From assembly GCF_964204645.1 (NCBI RefSeq), contig NC_134026.1, positions 11,803,950-11,867,949 on the forward strand: a stretch of DNA of 64,000 nt. Direction: 5' to 3'. This DNA comes from Tubulanus polymorphus. Lineage: Eukaryota > Animalia > Nemertea. The notes beneath the pieces are model-generated. The model searched no databases, was not told where the DNA came from, and was given only the letters and a program-made list of their open reading frames with translations. Made by a program: the position numbers and the translations under genes. Each line of letters starts with the position of its first letter. Within the stretch, counting starts at the first letter, position 1. Shown one piece after another: positions 10,593-22,979 of the stretch.

Positions 10593-13500
10593 TAGTCCGG
10601 TCAAATTGGAGTTTAACCGGGAACAAATTGCAACAAAAGGTTTTTTGATTGTTACCATACCTATTAAGTGTGCTGAACAACATACTAATAGTCTACCAAA
10701 GTCTGCCCACCGGAAGTCCGATTTTTCAAGATGGCCGCCAAAGACCTACCTGTTATCAGAAAATCAGCTGATACTCCACAAATATGGATCATAGAGTTTG
10801 TTAAATGGTATGTAACCCCATGTTTTCAGGTACAGCGAATGCATTGGTGATGTTATTTCAACCCACCCATGGTCACGTGACCCAGAAATTCAAGATTGCC
10901 ACCATTACATATGCAAAATGTATTACATATATTAGAAATTCTTTGATATCTTTGTTTCTGTTAGTGCTAACGGCGTCGATATCGGTTTCTACCCTATGTT
11001 TTCAGGGTCAGACAATTCATTTTTCATATCTAGGTTTTTGTAAAGTGATCACGATACCCAGAAATTCAAGATGGCCACCATTTTTATCTGGTCATGTGAC
11101 CAATTTAGCCAAGATGTCTGCCGGATGATTTAAGATAGCATTAGGCCCTTGGAAGAGGTGCAAATGAAGCATCTCCATCCTTAATGATTATAGAAAGAAT
11201 TTCTTAATTTTACTGACGCTAGCCTAGCAACAGAAAATATTGTTGCATTTGTCAGTTATGATTTGAATATGGTTTGCACAGTTGTCCTTTTCAAGTGAAT
11301 AGAAATATCCAAGGGATCAAGGTTAGTGAAATCAGCAATATATGTCGTTCATTCTTTGAGGGTGTGTTAGGCATAATCTTATGAGTAAGTTTACACCAAT
11401 GTAAATGCCATGTATGCAGTCTAAATTGAATTTTACATGCTTTGCGGATTGAACATTAAGTTTGCAGTGATGGTACTGCAGTGTAAGCATCTTGTGGTGC
11501 AATCTAAAACTTCCCTTACTGTCAGTTTACACATCCGTAGGCCTATACCTTTTCTTGATTAAAAAACCTGTTATTGTCCTCATGTAATAAGAGAAATCCG
11601 ACGTAATGCTCATAGGTTGAAGTGTCTTAGTTTTGCACGAAAGCGTCGATGTAGGATAGGGCCTATGAACTTAACGAGAGTTATCGTTTATGGTTTTGAT
11701 GAACACTAAGCATACCAATATTTGATTTTTAGGTATGAATAGTTCTGATTGTGGTTGTCCAATTTGTGGAGAAAGTTTTAACGAGAATGATGATATCTGC
11801 AATGTTGGTGTGATGATATCTGCAATGTTGGTGAGAAAGGTGCCCTTGGTATAAACAATGCAAGCAATGCCAGAGGTGATTATTTGAAGATTGAAGTAGG
11901 CCAGTGTGTCCACACCAAGTGTAGAAGAAAATACGTCAACAAAAAAGAAATAAAATATCAACAAAATATAGAGTCTGAGGTAAAATTGTTGGGTGTTAAA
12001 AGAAGCATCAGTAGGTCATCACTTGGAAGCTTTAATATACGAAGGAATTGCATCCTTTGTGGGTTTGCTGTCCAAAATGATGAAAACAGCAGCTGCGTCA
12101 AAACAAATATGTTTGTGACGAGCATCTTGGAATGCTGCAAAAACCGATGTGACGAATGGTCATTCCTTGTGAAAGGCTGCATAGAATTCCTTTTTTCAGA
12201 CCTTCATGCTGCTGACTGTACGTACCACCACGCCTGTTGCTCTAACTTTAGAACTGGTCGCGACATTCCAATCAAATATAAAAGAGATCAAGATACAAGG
12301 CACAAGAAATTCGGAAGACCTACAAGTGATGCCCAAGAGCAGGCATTCTACAAATTGTGTACTTATATTGAATCATCCTATGAAGAACAATTCAGGTTAG
12401 CTGATTTACAAAAAAAAGATGGCAGATTTTTTGCAAAATGATGATATTCAACCTTACAGCATCAAGTATCTAAGAAGCAAACTCACAAGCACATAACGTT
12501 GAGTCCATTACTATCTCAAATCATTCAGGACAGTGTGATATTGTTACTCTCAAGGAAAAAACATTGATGATCCTCAGATCATATTTCAACAAATCTCAAG
12601 AAAATGATAACGAAGAAGAAAAAAAGAAGGCAATTTTGGACACGGCCGCAAAACTGATAAAAAGCGACATAAAAAACAGTACATTCCCCAGTACGGATAC
12701 GTATCCAACTGTCGATGAACTAGATATCAATGCTGCATACGCTTATCTTCCTGAGAGCCTCCGTATATTCTTAGGTCATTTATTTGTTGGTAAATGTGCT
12801 CAACCAAAGATATGCAGCATAGGGCAAGCAATCATACAGTCAGTCCGTCCAAGGAATGTAATCGGAAAAGGGTCCTTCCATGGTATGGGACTGATGGCAG
12901 CTGTCAGTCCATTTCAGAAGATAAAACGAGCAATCAGAAGATTAGATGTTTCCATGATTGATCTAAAACAGGACAAAGTGCCAATCATCGAATACAGATT
13001 TTCTCGCTTTGCAAAGAAGAAATTGAATTTTGAACGTCTTGATCAATTCCAAAAAATAGATATGCCATATGATATATTGTGGGAGATGTCTTTGAAATTT
13101 GCCGAAGACACTCCGAACTGGAAAGGAATGATGAGCTTGCTCCATGAAAGTAACAGCATGCAATCACCAGATAGGTCAGCAATATTCTACCTACCAATGA
13201 TTGACATGTATTCCGGGGATGAAACTTGCATTCTATCAACTTTGAACTTCCTCAATACATTTGCAAAGAAGTATAATTTCCAAGCTGTTATAACATTTGA
13301 TCAACCCTTATATTGGAAAGCCTGTGAAATTATACATGGAGAGGAAGAACTCAAAGATATTGTATTGATGCTTGGTTCGTTTCACACCCTCATGAATCTC
13401 GTAGGTGCAATAGGATCATTGATGGCCAATTCCGGTCTGAAAGAAATTCTTGGAGATATATATCGTGAGAACACAGTTATGCAGATGTTGTCTGGAAAAC

Positions 13501-16500
13501 AAGCAGAACGTGCATTGCGTGGGCATCTTAAATGGGTAGGTGTCTCAATTATATGGTTATCACTGAAATGCCGAAATTCAATTCTGAGTTGGAAGAGGTT
13601 ATTTTAGAATGTGAAAACCTATATGATATGGCGAAAGAAGGGAAATTAGATACTGAAGCAGTTCGAAATTCAATTCCAATCAACACCATGAATTCTGAAA
13701 TAGAAAAAACGAAATTAGAATTGAAAAGTTTATCTCATACTTGCCAACTATTGTTAAACTATCTTAGGATGATCGATATAGCACGATCTTTGATACATGC
13801 TGAACGATCGGGTTGCTGGGCGCAACATCTAAGAGCCGTTTCAGAATGCTTACCCATATTTGCAGCTGCCGGCCATTTTAACTATCGCAAATCTGCCTAT
13901 CTCTATCTACAAGAAATGGTCAAGTTACCTACAAAATACCCAAAGATATTCAAACAGTTCAGTGATGGAAAGTTTGTCATCAGACGAAGTGAACAGTGTT
14001 GGGGTGGTCTTTGTTCTGATCTTGTCATAGAACAGACCTTAATGAAATCTTTAAAAAGTACTGGTGGTCTAACGAGGGGGAGTGGGATGGCAGAAGATGT
14101 TCGTCTCATGTGGACCTTGTCGTCACCTACAACAGCTGAATACAATGCAGCAATGAATGACTTCCTAGATCTATCTGCAACATCCACAATCCAGCACAAA
14201 GAGGCATCATTAGCCAGAATAACACGTGATGTGAAGGATTCTAAGAAAATCTTATCTAAATTCCAATTACATCCACCATTTTCATCAGACCCCTTACTTA
14301 GGAATATCGTCACTGGAGTTGTAGCAGAAAAAATGTCAACATCTGTGAAATGTTTACCATTGGGAACAACATGATCGCATCAATGGTCGGAAAGGATGTC
14401 TTCAGCATATCATTCAAGCGCAAGGACATAGTAGTCACGCTTGCTGAAGGGTCATCAGTAAATATATCTGCAGAAAAGACTATAGATCCTGCATTACTTT
14501 TCCAGAGATTTGTTGTCATTTCTCAGTCAGGAGACCTTGTATTAGAAGATGCAATGGAGTACGAGCTCAGCCCATACCCTATGGCTTTGTTTGAAGGAAA
14601 GAACATTCTGCGTAAAGCTGATAAACCACAATTAGCCAATGCACTTGTAGAACATGTAAAATGCAATACACTCAACCCAATCATAGATTATCCGCCATCA
14701 AATGATCAAAGTTTTGTGATCGATGGTGGATTTTTATTACACCAATTGCAATGGAAAAAGGGTGACACTTATAGAAATATAGCAAAGTCATATGCGGCAT
14801 ATGTTGAGCATAATAACGGCATGGCTGCAATTGTATTTGATGGGTATGGAGGTCCCAGCATAAAGGATAATACCCACCAGCGTCGCGGATCAAACTTGCA
14901 CCCTGTCATAAATTTCTCTGATGTCACCATATTTACAGGAAAAAAAGATGAATTTCTAGGTAGAGATGTCAACAAACAACGTTTTATCAACTTGATTACT
15001 GTTGAGCTGAAAAACTGCGGATGTAAGGTTGTGAATGTACCAAATGATGCGGATGTTCAAATTACCATAGAAGCCGTTCAGTCTGCAGTTTGTGAACCAA
15101 CTACACTTATAGGAGAAGACACAGATTTACTTATCCTGCTATACTATTCTTCAATCGAACCTAGTACTCATCCTATCTATTTCACAAGTGGTAGAAGGCA
15201 ATCAAAAGTCTATGATATTAGAACAATAGAAAACAGCATTGGCAAAGAGCAATGTCGCAGGCTTTTATTTCTTCACGCATTTACTGGATGCGACTCTACC
15301 TCGAGAATTTTTGGAATTGGCAAAAAGACTGCATTTGAGAAAATGAAAATAAATCCTGCCTTGAAATTGGCATCAGACGAGTTTCTAAAGCCGCAACAAG
15401 AAATGGCAATTATTGAAGATCTTGGTGGTAAGGCTATGGTTGCCCTTTTTGATGGAAACATTGACTATTCACTAGCAGCTCTAAGAAAAGCAGTATTCTC
15501 TAAGAAAGTAACATCCGGGAAGTCATTTGTCACACCAGAACGTTTGCCACCAACAGTTTCAGCAACCAAATTCCATTCCTATAGATGCTACTACCAGATT
15601 TTGGTTTGGACTGGGAATGAAAGAAACATCGATCCTGCTCACTGGGGATGGCAATTATTAGACGACAAAGTATATGTTCCAGTCATGACGACCGAGAAAC
15701 CAGCCCCTGATATACTTTTAAACATGGTCCACTGCAACTGCACAACTAATTGTAGAACCCAGAGATGCACTTGCAGAAAGTATGGTTTGTCGTGTACTTC
15801 TGTATGTGGTTCATGTCAAATCACTCTTTGTAATAACCCAAATAGCACGAGACCTATTCTAGATGAAGATTGATGGTACTACAATCCATTGGCATCATGG
15901 CGTCTCCAGATCAACAATTTGGAACATTTACTACGGAAATAGGGTTCATAACTTCTTGCTACGTGGTGGAATGAACTGATTATTAAATTTTAGCATTAAC
16001 AAATTCTAATCGGAACACCAGAGACTACCCTCATTCGCAACTAGATCTTGGAAATGAGGCGTCAATTTGAAAAAGTAGTTACCAATTACCTGACGTCATC
16101 GCACCTTTTCAAACCATTTTACCTACATTCAAACTAACATAAATGATGATCGTTGTTAAATTATATGCCGGCATAAAATAAAGCAATTTACCAGAAAAAA
16201 GTGGAAGTTAAATATCTTGGCTAAATTGGTCACATGACCAGATACAAATGGTGGCCATCTTGGATTTTTGGGTCGCGTGATCGCTTTACAAAAACTTAGA
16301 TATGAAAAATGAATTAACATAGGGTAGAAACCGATATCGACGCCGTTAGCACCAACAGAAACAAAGATATGAAGAAATTTCGAATATATATAATACATTT
16401 TGCATATGTAATGGTGGCCATCTTGAATTTCTGGGTCACGTGATCACTTTACAAAAACCTAGATATGAAAAATGAATTGTCTGACCCTGAAAACATAGGG

Positions 16501-16906
16501 TAGAAACCGATATCGACGCCGTTAGCACTAACAGAAACAAAGATATCAAAGAATTTCTAATATATATAATACATTTTGCATATGTAATGGTGGCCATCTT
16601 GAATTTCTGGGTCACGTGACCATGGGTGGGTTGAAATAACATCACCAATGCATTCGCTGTACCTGAAAACATGGGGTTACATACCATTTAACAAACTCTA
16701 TGATCCATATTTGTGGAGTATCGGCTGATTTTCTGATTACAGGTAGGTCTTTGGCGGCCATCTTGAAAAATCGGACTTCCGGTGGGCAGACTTTGGTAGA
16801 CTTTTAGAATGTTGTTCAGCACACATAGGTATGGTAACAATCAAAAAACCTTTTGTTGCAATTTGTTCCCGGTTAAGCCCAATTTTGAGTTATATTGACC
16901 TGACTA
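10593..16906 (+). mobile_element. Academ (AcademX-type) DNA transposon, full length, inactivated
   Basis: 5'-TAG...CTA-3' termini; near-identical TIRs of more than 500 bp (10593-~11115 and ~16212-16906); 3-bp TSD TGG (10590-10592, 16907-16909); the ORF encodes transposase, XPG-like nuclease and Cys8 finger. Confidence 0.88.
11735..15873 (+). pseudogene. Academ transposase / XPG(FEN1)-like nuclease / Cys8 (CXC) zinc-finger protein, frameshifted
   Basis: Consecutive ORFs 11884-12441, 12564-13607, 13532-14374 and 14350-15873. Motifs: HAADCTYHHAC, TFDQPLYWKA, LGSFH, FAAAGHFNY, SDLVIEQTLM, YELSPYP; XPG-like VIDGG, VFDGY, DAD, GEDTD, HAFTGCDSTSRIFGIGKK; C-terminal CNC..C..RCTC..C..CGSC. Confidence 0.85.
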
Positions 16907-16909
16907 TGG

Positions 16910-19420
16910 CGTAAGCTCAAAGTTAAATATAAAAAGTAATAAAGAAAAAATTAAATCTAATATAAAAGAAATGAATAAATTAGAAAATACATTAGATCGT
17001 ATGATTAGTTTAAATGGTAATATTACAACTGAAGAACAAGATAATAAACTATTAAGAGAATTAATTAATTATTTATCTTTTAGTAAAATAAATGGTAAAT
17101 AATTTTCCAAAGGATTTTCAATATAATAATATAATTAAATATAATATTCCAGCAATAGATTTTAATAAAAATATTTATAGACATGAAGTTTTAGATTCAT
17201 TAATTAATTTAGATATTTATGTTACTGAAAATAATAATTTTAATGTAAAGATGGAAAATATATTTCATGTATATTTAATTAATTTTAAAAAATTAAAAGA
17301 AGCAAAAAATGGTTATTAAAATCTAATATGAAGTATTGGCAGAACCAATTATTTTTTTGCAGTTTATTGTGCAACAACGGGGTTTGGTATAAGTTGGAAC
17401 AATCATTAAATAAACCAAGTCTACCATTAATTTTATCAGTCTTTAGATTTCATATATACTTTCAAATAAGATTAATATTTAAATGTGTTAGAATGTCCTT
17501 TACCAGGATCTAAATATTTTTAAGAATTATATAATAATATTAACTTATCAAAGTTTGTAATGAATTTAATATGAATATAAATAATTCTGATTTTAGAACA
17601 AAAACTGGAACAATAAGATCACTTCCTTGTCCTGAAAATATTTTACAATATTGTACACTTCCCTTACCAGTTAATAGTATTTACAATATATATATATACT
17701 AATAAATTAGGTTATGGTAAAATAGAAAATATAAATTTAAAAACATTGAATATCAATAAATCAATAGATATAAATAAAGAAAATAATATTGGTTGGGTTG
17801 ATTTTACTTTAGAAAATAGTGAAGGTTTTACCAAGCCATGTATACAAAGAATAAATCAATCTATTAGAATATATTTAGTTTACATATTAGGATCACAGGT
17901 TGAAACAAGATCCCCGATGATTGGGAATGATAATTTTTCATTTGATACACAGAAACAATTCAAAATTTATTCGAAGATTCAATTCATAATGATAAGAATA
18001 GATCTATTCCAGACAATATAGTAAGATATCAAAATTATTAAGATAAATCACATATAAGATTAAATTATTTTATAGGTCCTAATTTGTTGATAATCTCTAA
18101 TTATTTAATATTAAAGATGGGGAATATAATTAGTTATGATAATTTAATTAAGACTGCTGGAATGAATAATTCATTTGGATTAAATGATGTTAATAACAAT
18201 TATCACTGCTCCAAAACTAATGGAAGGTAAAAAAAATATATACAATTAACAGAAACTAAAACTAAGAATATTAAATTAGATAATGATTCTAAAATAAAAG
18301 ATTACAATACATCAGAAAATATAAAAACTGATGATATTCAACATGAAATAATTGAATTTTTGAATTTATATTTTTATATGATATAAATGGCTGAAGGTGG
18401 AGAAGGATATGAAATGGATATACTCGATGAACCTGGTATAACTGATGAACCACAACCTGATTTTACTGATACAAGTTTTCATAATGATAATGAAACAACA
18501 TATGGTACTAATTAAGGTGATGATGTTGGTTCAACTAATCCATCAACAGTTCAGTTTGATCTGGACGTATCGGCCCCACACCGCGCGGGATTTACGCGAA
18601 ACAGCAGAACACAAACACGGCCACTCCCTCAATTTTCAATGATAGAAATCGTGTGTGCATTTCAATTATTTCGGCTGTTAGGGTTTTAAGGCACAATATA
18701 AGTTGATGATGTGATATGGCGATGTTAATTAATGATAATTCCGCAGTGAAGCTAGTCACGAACGGTGCCGATTGAGTGTACAGCTGCCAAAAACACTGAA
18801 ATGTGCGTAGTGCGTAACTATTTGCAGTGAATTGCAGACGAAACATGAAGCCTTAACGGCCGTTTAAGAAAAAATTATACCAATCGCAATTGTAAAATAA
18901 AAATGAGATAGAACCCTAAGTTAAAATTCTGGCCATTTCTAAAATGTTATTAATTATTATTACTAATTTTTAGTCAGTGCGGAACGTTAACTTTTCCAAC
19001 AATAATGAGGGGTGGTAGGTAGTCATGCAATTCAAGTCATCATTTATTACACGTTACTTCCGTGTTGTTGAAAATCTCGCGAGTCCTGGACTAAACCCCA
19101 ATGAACAATGTGATCTGTGTGCTGGCCACAAATGCACACAGATCACACTACACTACCCATTACACACTCCAGTACCCACAGCTTTCATATATCAATCCAA
19201 ATATTTAGTGGCTTTCTTCCTGGATATAATAATATAGGGTGCTAGTAATAAAGTGATAGGGTGCTAGACATTTAGTAAGAGAATTAAAATTTTTAGATGT
19301 GAATATTATCATCATTTGAAAGATGATTATTATATTAATATCATTTATAAAAATGACAAAATATTAGCAGAAACAACTTATAATAATTTAGAACAATCTA
19401 GAATTAAAGGAATAAGTAAT
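16910..19420 (+). mobile_element. Decayed AT-rich ORF cluster resembling Polinton/Maverick (adintovirus-like) accessory genes
   Basis: Head-to-tail, intronless, very AT-rich ORF remnants: 16910-17090; 17092-~18370 (MKYWQNQL..FRFHIYFQIR..SEGFTKPCIQRINQSIRIYLVYILGSQVETRSPMIG..SFDTQKQF); 18387-> (MAEGGEGYEMD.., acidic). No polB, integrase or capsid gene is visible, so the assignment rests on recalled similarity. Confidence 0.45.
18559..19268. mobile_element. Unclassified GC-richer insertion interrupting the MAEGG ORF
   Basis: Abrupt change in composition after ..STVQFD; AT-rich coding-like sequence resumes at ~19269 (TFSKRIKIF..); the right end has agggtgctag twice. Confidence 0.35.
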
Positions 19421-20084
19421 AGTTATGAAATATAAAATGTTACTGGCTGATTTTACTTTGTATATTAACCCTAGCTTATACTTATATTTACTATTGTACC
19501 TTAGTACCACCTACTTTACTCTGCTTGAAATTTGTTTAGTTCATTACTGCTTTTATATTGCCTACTACTCCCTTGTTCATATCAATATGATAAATCAAAT
19601 GCTATGTACATCACGTGTTAATAAAGATTGAGAATTTTATTCATCATAAGTGGTAAAGTAGTACATGTAATTATATTTCGAATGTGTATATAATCTAGAA
19701 AGAAGAATTCTGAAAATAAACTGTAGCAGTTTATTATCATCTATTTTGTCCATTCTAAACTGGTAGAAAAGTCATTGGTGGCATTTTTTCCTACTGTCAT
19801 TTCCACTGGTGGCATTTTTGCCGGTGGCATGTTTTTTTTCTGGTGGTAATATTTCCGTTGTCGTATTTTCCTACGATAGTTACAATCAGCTAATTCATTA
19901 ATTAATTCTCTAATTCATAATCTATTCTTTAATCTTAGGAAACAATTCATATAGCCTGGTGAAAGGAATTTATAATAAATTCATTGATAAATAGATCTTT
20001 AATCTAAAGGAAAAGTTAAATGGCTAGTAAGTGCAAATCATGTTATCAGTAAATTAAGTAAATATCCCCTATCCATCCCCAAAA

Positions 20085-21280
20085 AAACAAAAGCTTCTTT
20101 GGGATGATACGTACATAGAGGAACTACTGCAAAGACATCACGAAGAAGATTGTTATTCTTGAACCCTAAAAATTAAACTTAGGAAAACTCAATTTCATTT
20201 TTGATTTTCTCCCTTTTGCTTTTTAAAAATTTACTTTATATGTTATTGCTACGCGGATAATAGCTAAATATACAATGCAAAGACTGTTCATGCATTATAA
20301 TCGATTGATTAATTATTGGATCTAGCTTAAATCAATAAATGCGATAAGATGTTCAAGTAACTAATTGGTAACCAATGAAGTGACGATATAGTCTTAACTC
20401 AGACAATTCTCTTGCTTTTGATCATTATTCAATCAGTAATTAGGCCCTACTGATTCATATATAAGGGGATAGTTTTAAATTTCACTTAGTCCAATATTAA
20501 ACTACATGCTTAAAGGACAGCTCTCAGAAGATGGAAATAATTGAAAGTTCCCGAGGTGGCCAGAAGTTGTGTTACAGTGGTTACATGTATACAGAGCAAT
20601 ACAGAGCAGAGGTGGGATCTGCTGGGTGTGTGTAAAAAGAAATGATGGAAACATTAAATCTAAGGAAACATTAATAAATAACAAAAGCTTGTCTTCAAAC
20701 TCTATTTTGAAGACTTTGGGATGATACGTACGTGGAGGAACTACAGCAAGGATTTACAAAGAAGATTTTAATTCTGGAACCCCCAAAAAATAAACTTAGG
20801 AAAACTCAATTACTTTTCTTATTTTTTCCCTTTTGCTCTTTAAAAATTTACTTTACATGTTATTGCTTCGCGGATAATAGCACAATATGCAAGCGCAAAG
20901 ACTGTTCATGCATTATAATCAATTGATCGATTAAATAACTATTGGATAGGCTTAAATCAATAAATGTGATAAGATGTTCACGTAGCTAATTGATAACTAA
21001 TGAAGTGACGATATAGTCATAACTCAGACAATTTTCTTGCTTTTGATCATCATTCAATCAGTAATTTATCAGCAATTAGGCCCTACTGAATCATATATAA
21101 GGGGCTATTTTCAAATTTCATTTAGTCCAATATTAAACCCCATGCTTAAAGGACAGCTCTCAGAAGATGGAAATAATCGAAAGTACCCGAGATGGCCAGA
21201 AGTTGTGTTACAGTGGTTTCATGTATACAAAGCAATACACCAAAAAAGAAAGTATTCGCTGGGTGTGTGTGAAAAGAAAT
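20085..21280 (+). repeat. Imperfect ~600-bp tandem duplication of the MULE 5' region
   Basis: 20085-20645 aligns with 20680-21280 (ctttgggatgatacgtac.., cttaggaaaactcaatt.., atgcttaaaggacagctctcagaagatggaaataat..). Confidence 0.9.
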
Positions 21281-22597
21281 GGTGGCTGTAAAGGAAGCTT
21301 AATGACGAGTATAGAAATCACTGGACCTAGAGAAACCGCAGAACATAGTCATTGTAGAGATATGACAGAAATTGAAGTAACTAAAGCAAGATTTCAAATG
21401 AAGAAACGAGCTGAAAATACGAGAGAAATTCCAATTCAAATACATTCAGAAATAATTTCAAGATTTAACAACCCAGATGTACAAAGCCGATTACCTCACG
21501 CTGATACATGCAAGAAAGTAATGCAAAGAGTTCGATGCAAGAAATATCCAAAAGATCCTGCAACCCATGATGAGCTGTTCATTACAGATACATGGTCTCT
21601 AACCCGAGAGGATGGAGAGGAGTATCTGATGTACGATAACGCGAGCACAACATCAAGAATCATGATTTTTGCAACAGACATATGTTTGAAAAAACTCTGT
21701 GAACCTGATTCGTGGTTCATGGACGGAAATTTCCAGATGGCACCAACTTTGTTCGAACAGTTGTATGTAATCCATGTCCCATTGGCTGATTCTGCTATTT
21801 CAACCGTTTATGCATTCCTTCAAAGGAAAACTCAGGAAACGTATGAAGAATTTCTCACCGTATTATGTGAAAAGTGCGATGAGAAGGGACTATTTCTCTC
21901 GCCGAAAACTGTTGTGACAGATTTTGAGTTGGCAGTTCTCAATGCAACAAAATCTGTGTTAGGTGATATTGAAATAAGAGGATGCTTCTATCATTTATCC
22001 CAGTGTATATATCGTAAGATTCAAAACCATGGACTTGCTACTATGTACAGGGACGATAAAGATTTTCAGTTATTCTGTGGACAGTTAAATGGACTGGCCT
22101 TCTTGCCTGTGGATGATGTTGAATCCGGATACAATCATATACGCTAGACTGCTCCAGAAGAGGCAGCTGAGCTTGTTGATTACTCCGGCAGTAACTTTGT
22201 TTCAACGTACCGTAAAATCCGTGCTCCAGGTGGACTGTTCCGTTTAAAGCGTGTTCCCCCACAGTATCCTCCAAAGACCTGGAACATGCATACTGTTACC
22301 ATAAATTCTGAGGACAGAACAAACAATTTGTCAGAGGCTTGGAACAATAAATTCCGTATATTGGTCGAAACAAAACATCCATCTATCTGGCGTGCTATCG
22401 AATGCTTGCAGCAGGAAAATTGCGTTGTTGAAACTGTTCTGGCACAAATGGAAGCTGGGAATCCACCGAAAAAACGTGTCAAACGAAATTACGTTCAGCT
22501 ACAAAATCGGCTGAAAAACCTCTGTGAGCAACATCGCGATGGTAAATCAAGTATAGTTGAATTTTTGCGTCGTGTTGGACGCAACCTGCGAAATTAG
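21167..22597 (+). pseudogene. FLYWCH + MULE (Mutator-like) transposase with a single in-frame stop at 22145-22147
   Basis: N-terminal GFMY..IRWVC..GCKGSL..HSH (FLYWCH-like); WFMDGNF, FEQLYVIH, VVTDFELA, GCFYHLSQ, RTNNLSEAWNN, KHPSIW. ORFs 21167-22147 and 22286-22597 are in the same frame. Confidence 0.9.
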
Positions 22598-22864
22598 TGG
22601 ACAAATGAATAATGATAACTGCGCTGAATATTGTGCTTTCTTGTATTATTGTGAATATGTTGCTGCAATATTGTAAATATCTTGTAAATATTGGTTCTTG
22701 TAGATATGCAACTAAATAAAAAGATTTAAAAGTGAAGTGAATTTAATTTATTGTTTTTAAATCAAAGTTAGTACTATACCATACAACCATATCAACACTT
22801 AGTACAATACCATACATTAAACAATCTTAACCCATAGTCCTATGAGCAGGTAATTAGTTATATC

Positions 22865-22978
22865 AGGAAGACTAATTGTCTTGGGTTGGTGATATCAAAG
22901 AGGACTAATTGTCAGAAGACCAAGTGGAAAAGACTAAATGTCCGGGAGACTAAATGTCAGAAGACTAAATGGGATTCC
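22865..22978 (+). repeat. MULE 3' terminus with ~15-bp subterminal repeats (agactaaatgtc)
   Basis: Repeated gactaattgtc/gactaaatgtc ending in ggattcc; the same end recurs at 26150-26252. Confidence 0.7.
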
Positions 22979-22979
22979 G

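Noticed and set aside
10446-11128. Short ORFs in the Academ TIRs (mirrored at 16156-16687)
   Set aside because: They are TIR sequence; their duplication reflects the inverted repeat, not coding.
18559-19268. Helitron call for the insertion (TC...CTAG ends)
   Set aside because: It is not followed by T and no 3' hairpin is seen; left unclassified.
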